Origin: Callorhinchus milii
Lineage: Eukaryota
Direction: 5' to 3'
Length of the DNA stretch: 64,000 nt
NCBI RefSeq assembly: GCF_018977255.1
Contig: NW_024704742.1
Span: 32,118,001-32,182,000, forward strand
Shown: in pieces, positions 63,399-64,000 of the stretch
Position numbering within the stretch: position 1 is the stretch's first letter
How the letters are laid out: each line of letters starts with the position of its first letter
Made by a program: the position numbers and the translations under genes
The notes under the pieces: generated by a model
Databases searched by the model: none
What the model saw: the letters and a program-made list of their open reading frames with translations, nothing else
What the model was told of the DNA's origin: nothing

Positions 63399-64000
63399 CT
63401 GAGTACAGAAACAAGTCAGAGTGAAATCACCTGCGGTGGAATGCTGCAGCTTGTTGAAATAAGTATATGCTTCTCTATCAGGAGGTTAATAATAAGATAA
63501 TCGTCCTCGCATTTGACATAGCGCTTCCACATCAGAAGGATTGCCCCAACACGTCCTTCATAGGACACACTGCAAAGTGCAGCAAATGTGTAATTGTAAA
63601 CAAATGCGGCAACCACTTTGGGCCCAGCAATGACCCACAAATAGCCCTGAAGTGAACGTCCATTTTTATTTGGGGGCTTGTTGGCCTTCTTTTTTTGAAT
63701 AGTGCTTCTGGCAGGCTGACGCAAGGATAGTGATTAAAAAAAATCTTACAGACACAGGTGCAATAATAATAATAATCCTTGCATTTGATATAACGCCTTA
63801 TCACGCCTTCGAGACGTCTCATAGCGCTTCACAGAATATATTGTAAAGTGAATTGTCTGTATATTTTGTGGGCGAATGAAGGAGACTCACTCAGTCATAC
63901 TCACTCCTAAGTGCCCGTTCTTCGTGCCTCTTCTAACTTGGTTCTGTGGTTGTACTGTAAGTGTTGCCCTATGTTTTCTGATTAAAACTCACAGCCATTT

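Overview
Vertebrate genomic DNA. The repeat landscape (abundant tRNA-Ala-headed SINE with an L2-type tail, Deu-domain SINEs, GC-rich L2 fragments, shark-type CR1 tails) points to a cartilaginous fish, probably a holocephalan; this is inferred, not verified. Three protein-coding genes can be read directly. (1) MATCAP2/KIAA0895 (TMCP2, tubulin carboxypeptidase family), + strand, complete, 7 coding exons from 4759 to 30549, 1533 nt = 510 aa, all GT-AG and phase-consistent. (2) An intact, intronless, CpG-rich MAGE-domain gene (NSMCE3/NSE3-like, 279 aa, 11979-12818, - strand), nested antisense in MATCAP2 intron 1 with its own GC-rich promoter. (3) The last three coding exons of EEPD1 (- strand, 60120-63398), convergent with MATCAP2 as in human. 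About 33-58 kb is intergenic and repeat-rich, with an LTR-like element and CTCF-like motifs. The most notable observations are the nested intronless NSMCE3 (a probable lineage-specific retrogene), a SINE/L2 3' stem-loop with compensatory changes and an apparent loop update in the youngest SINE copies, and two RFX X-box-like motifs upstream of MATCAP2. No CRISPR array, rRNA or true tRNA gene was seen.
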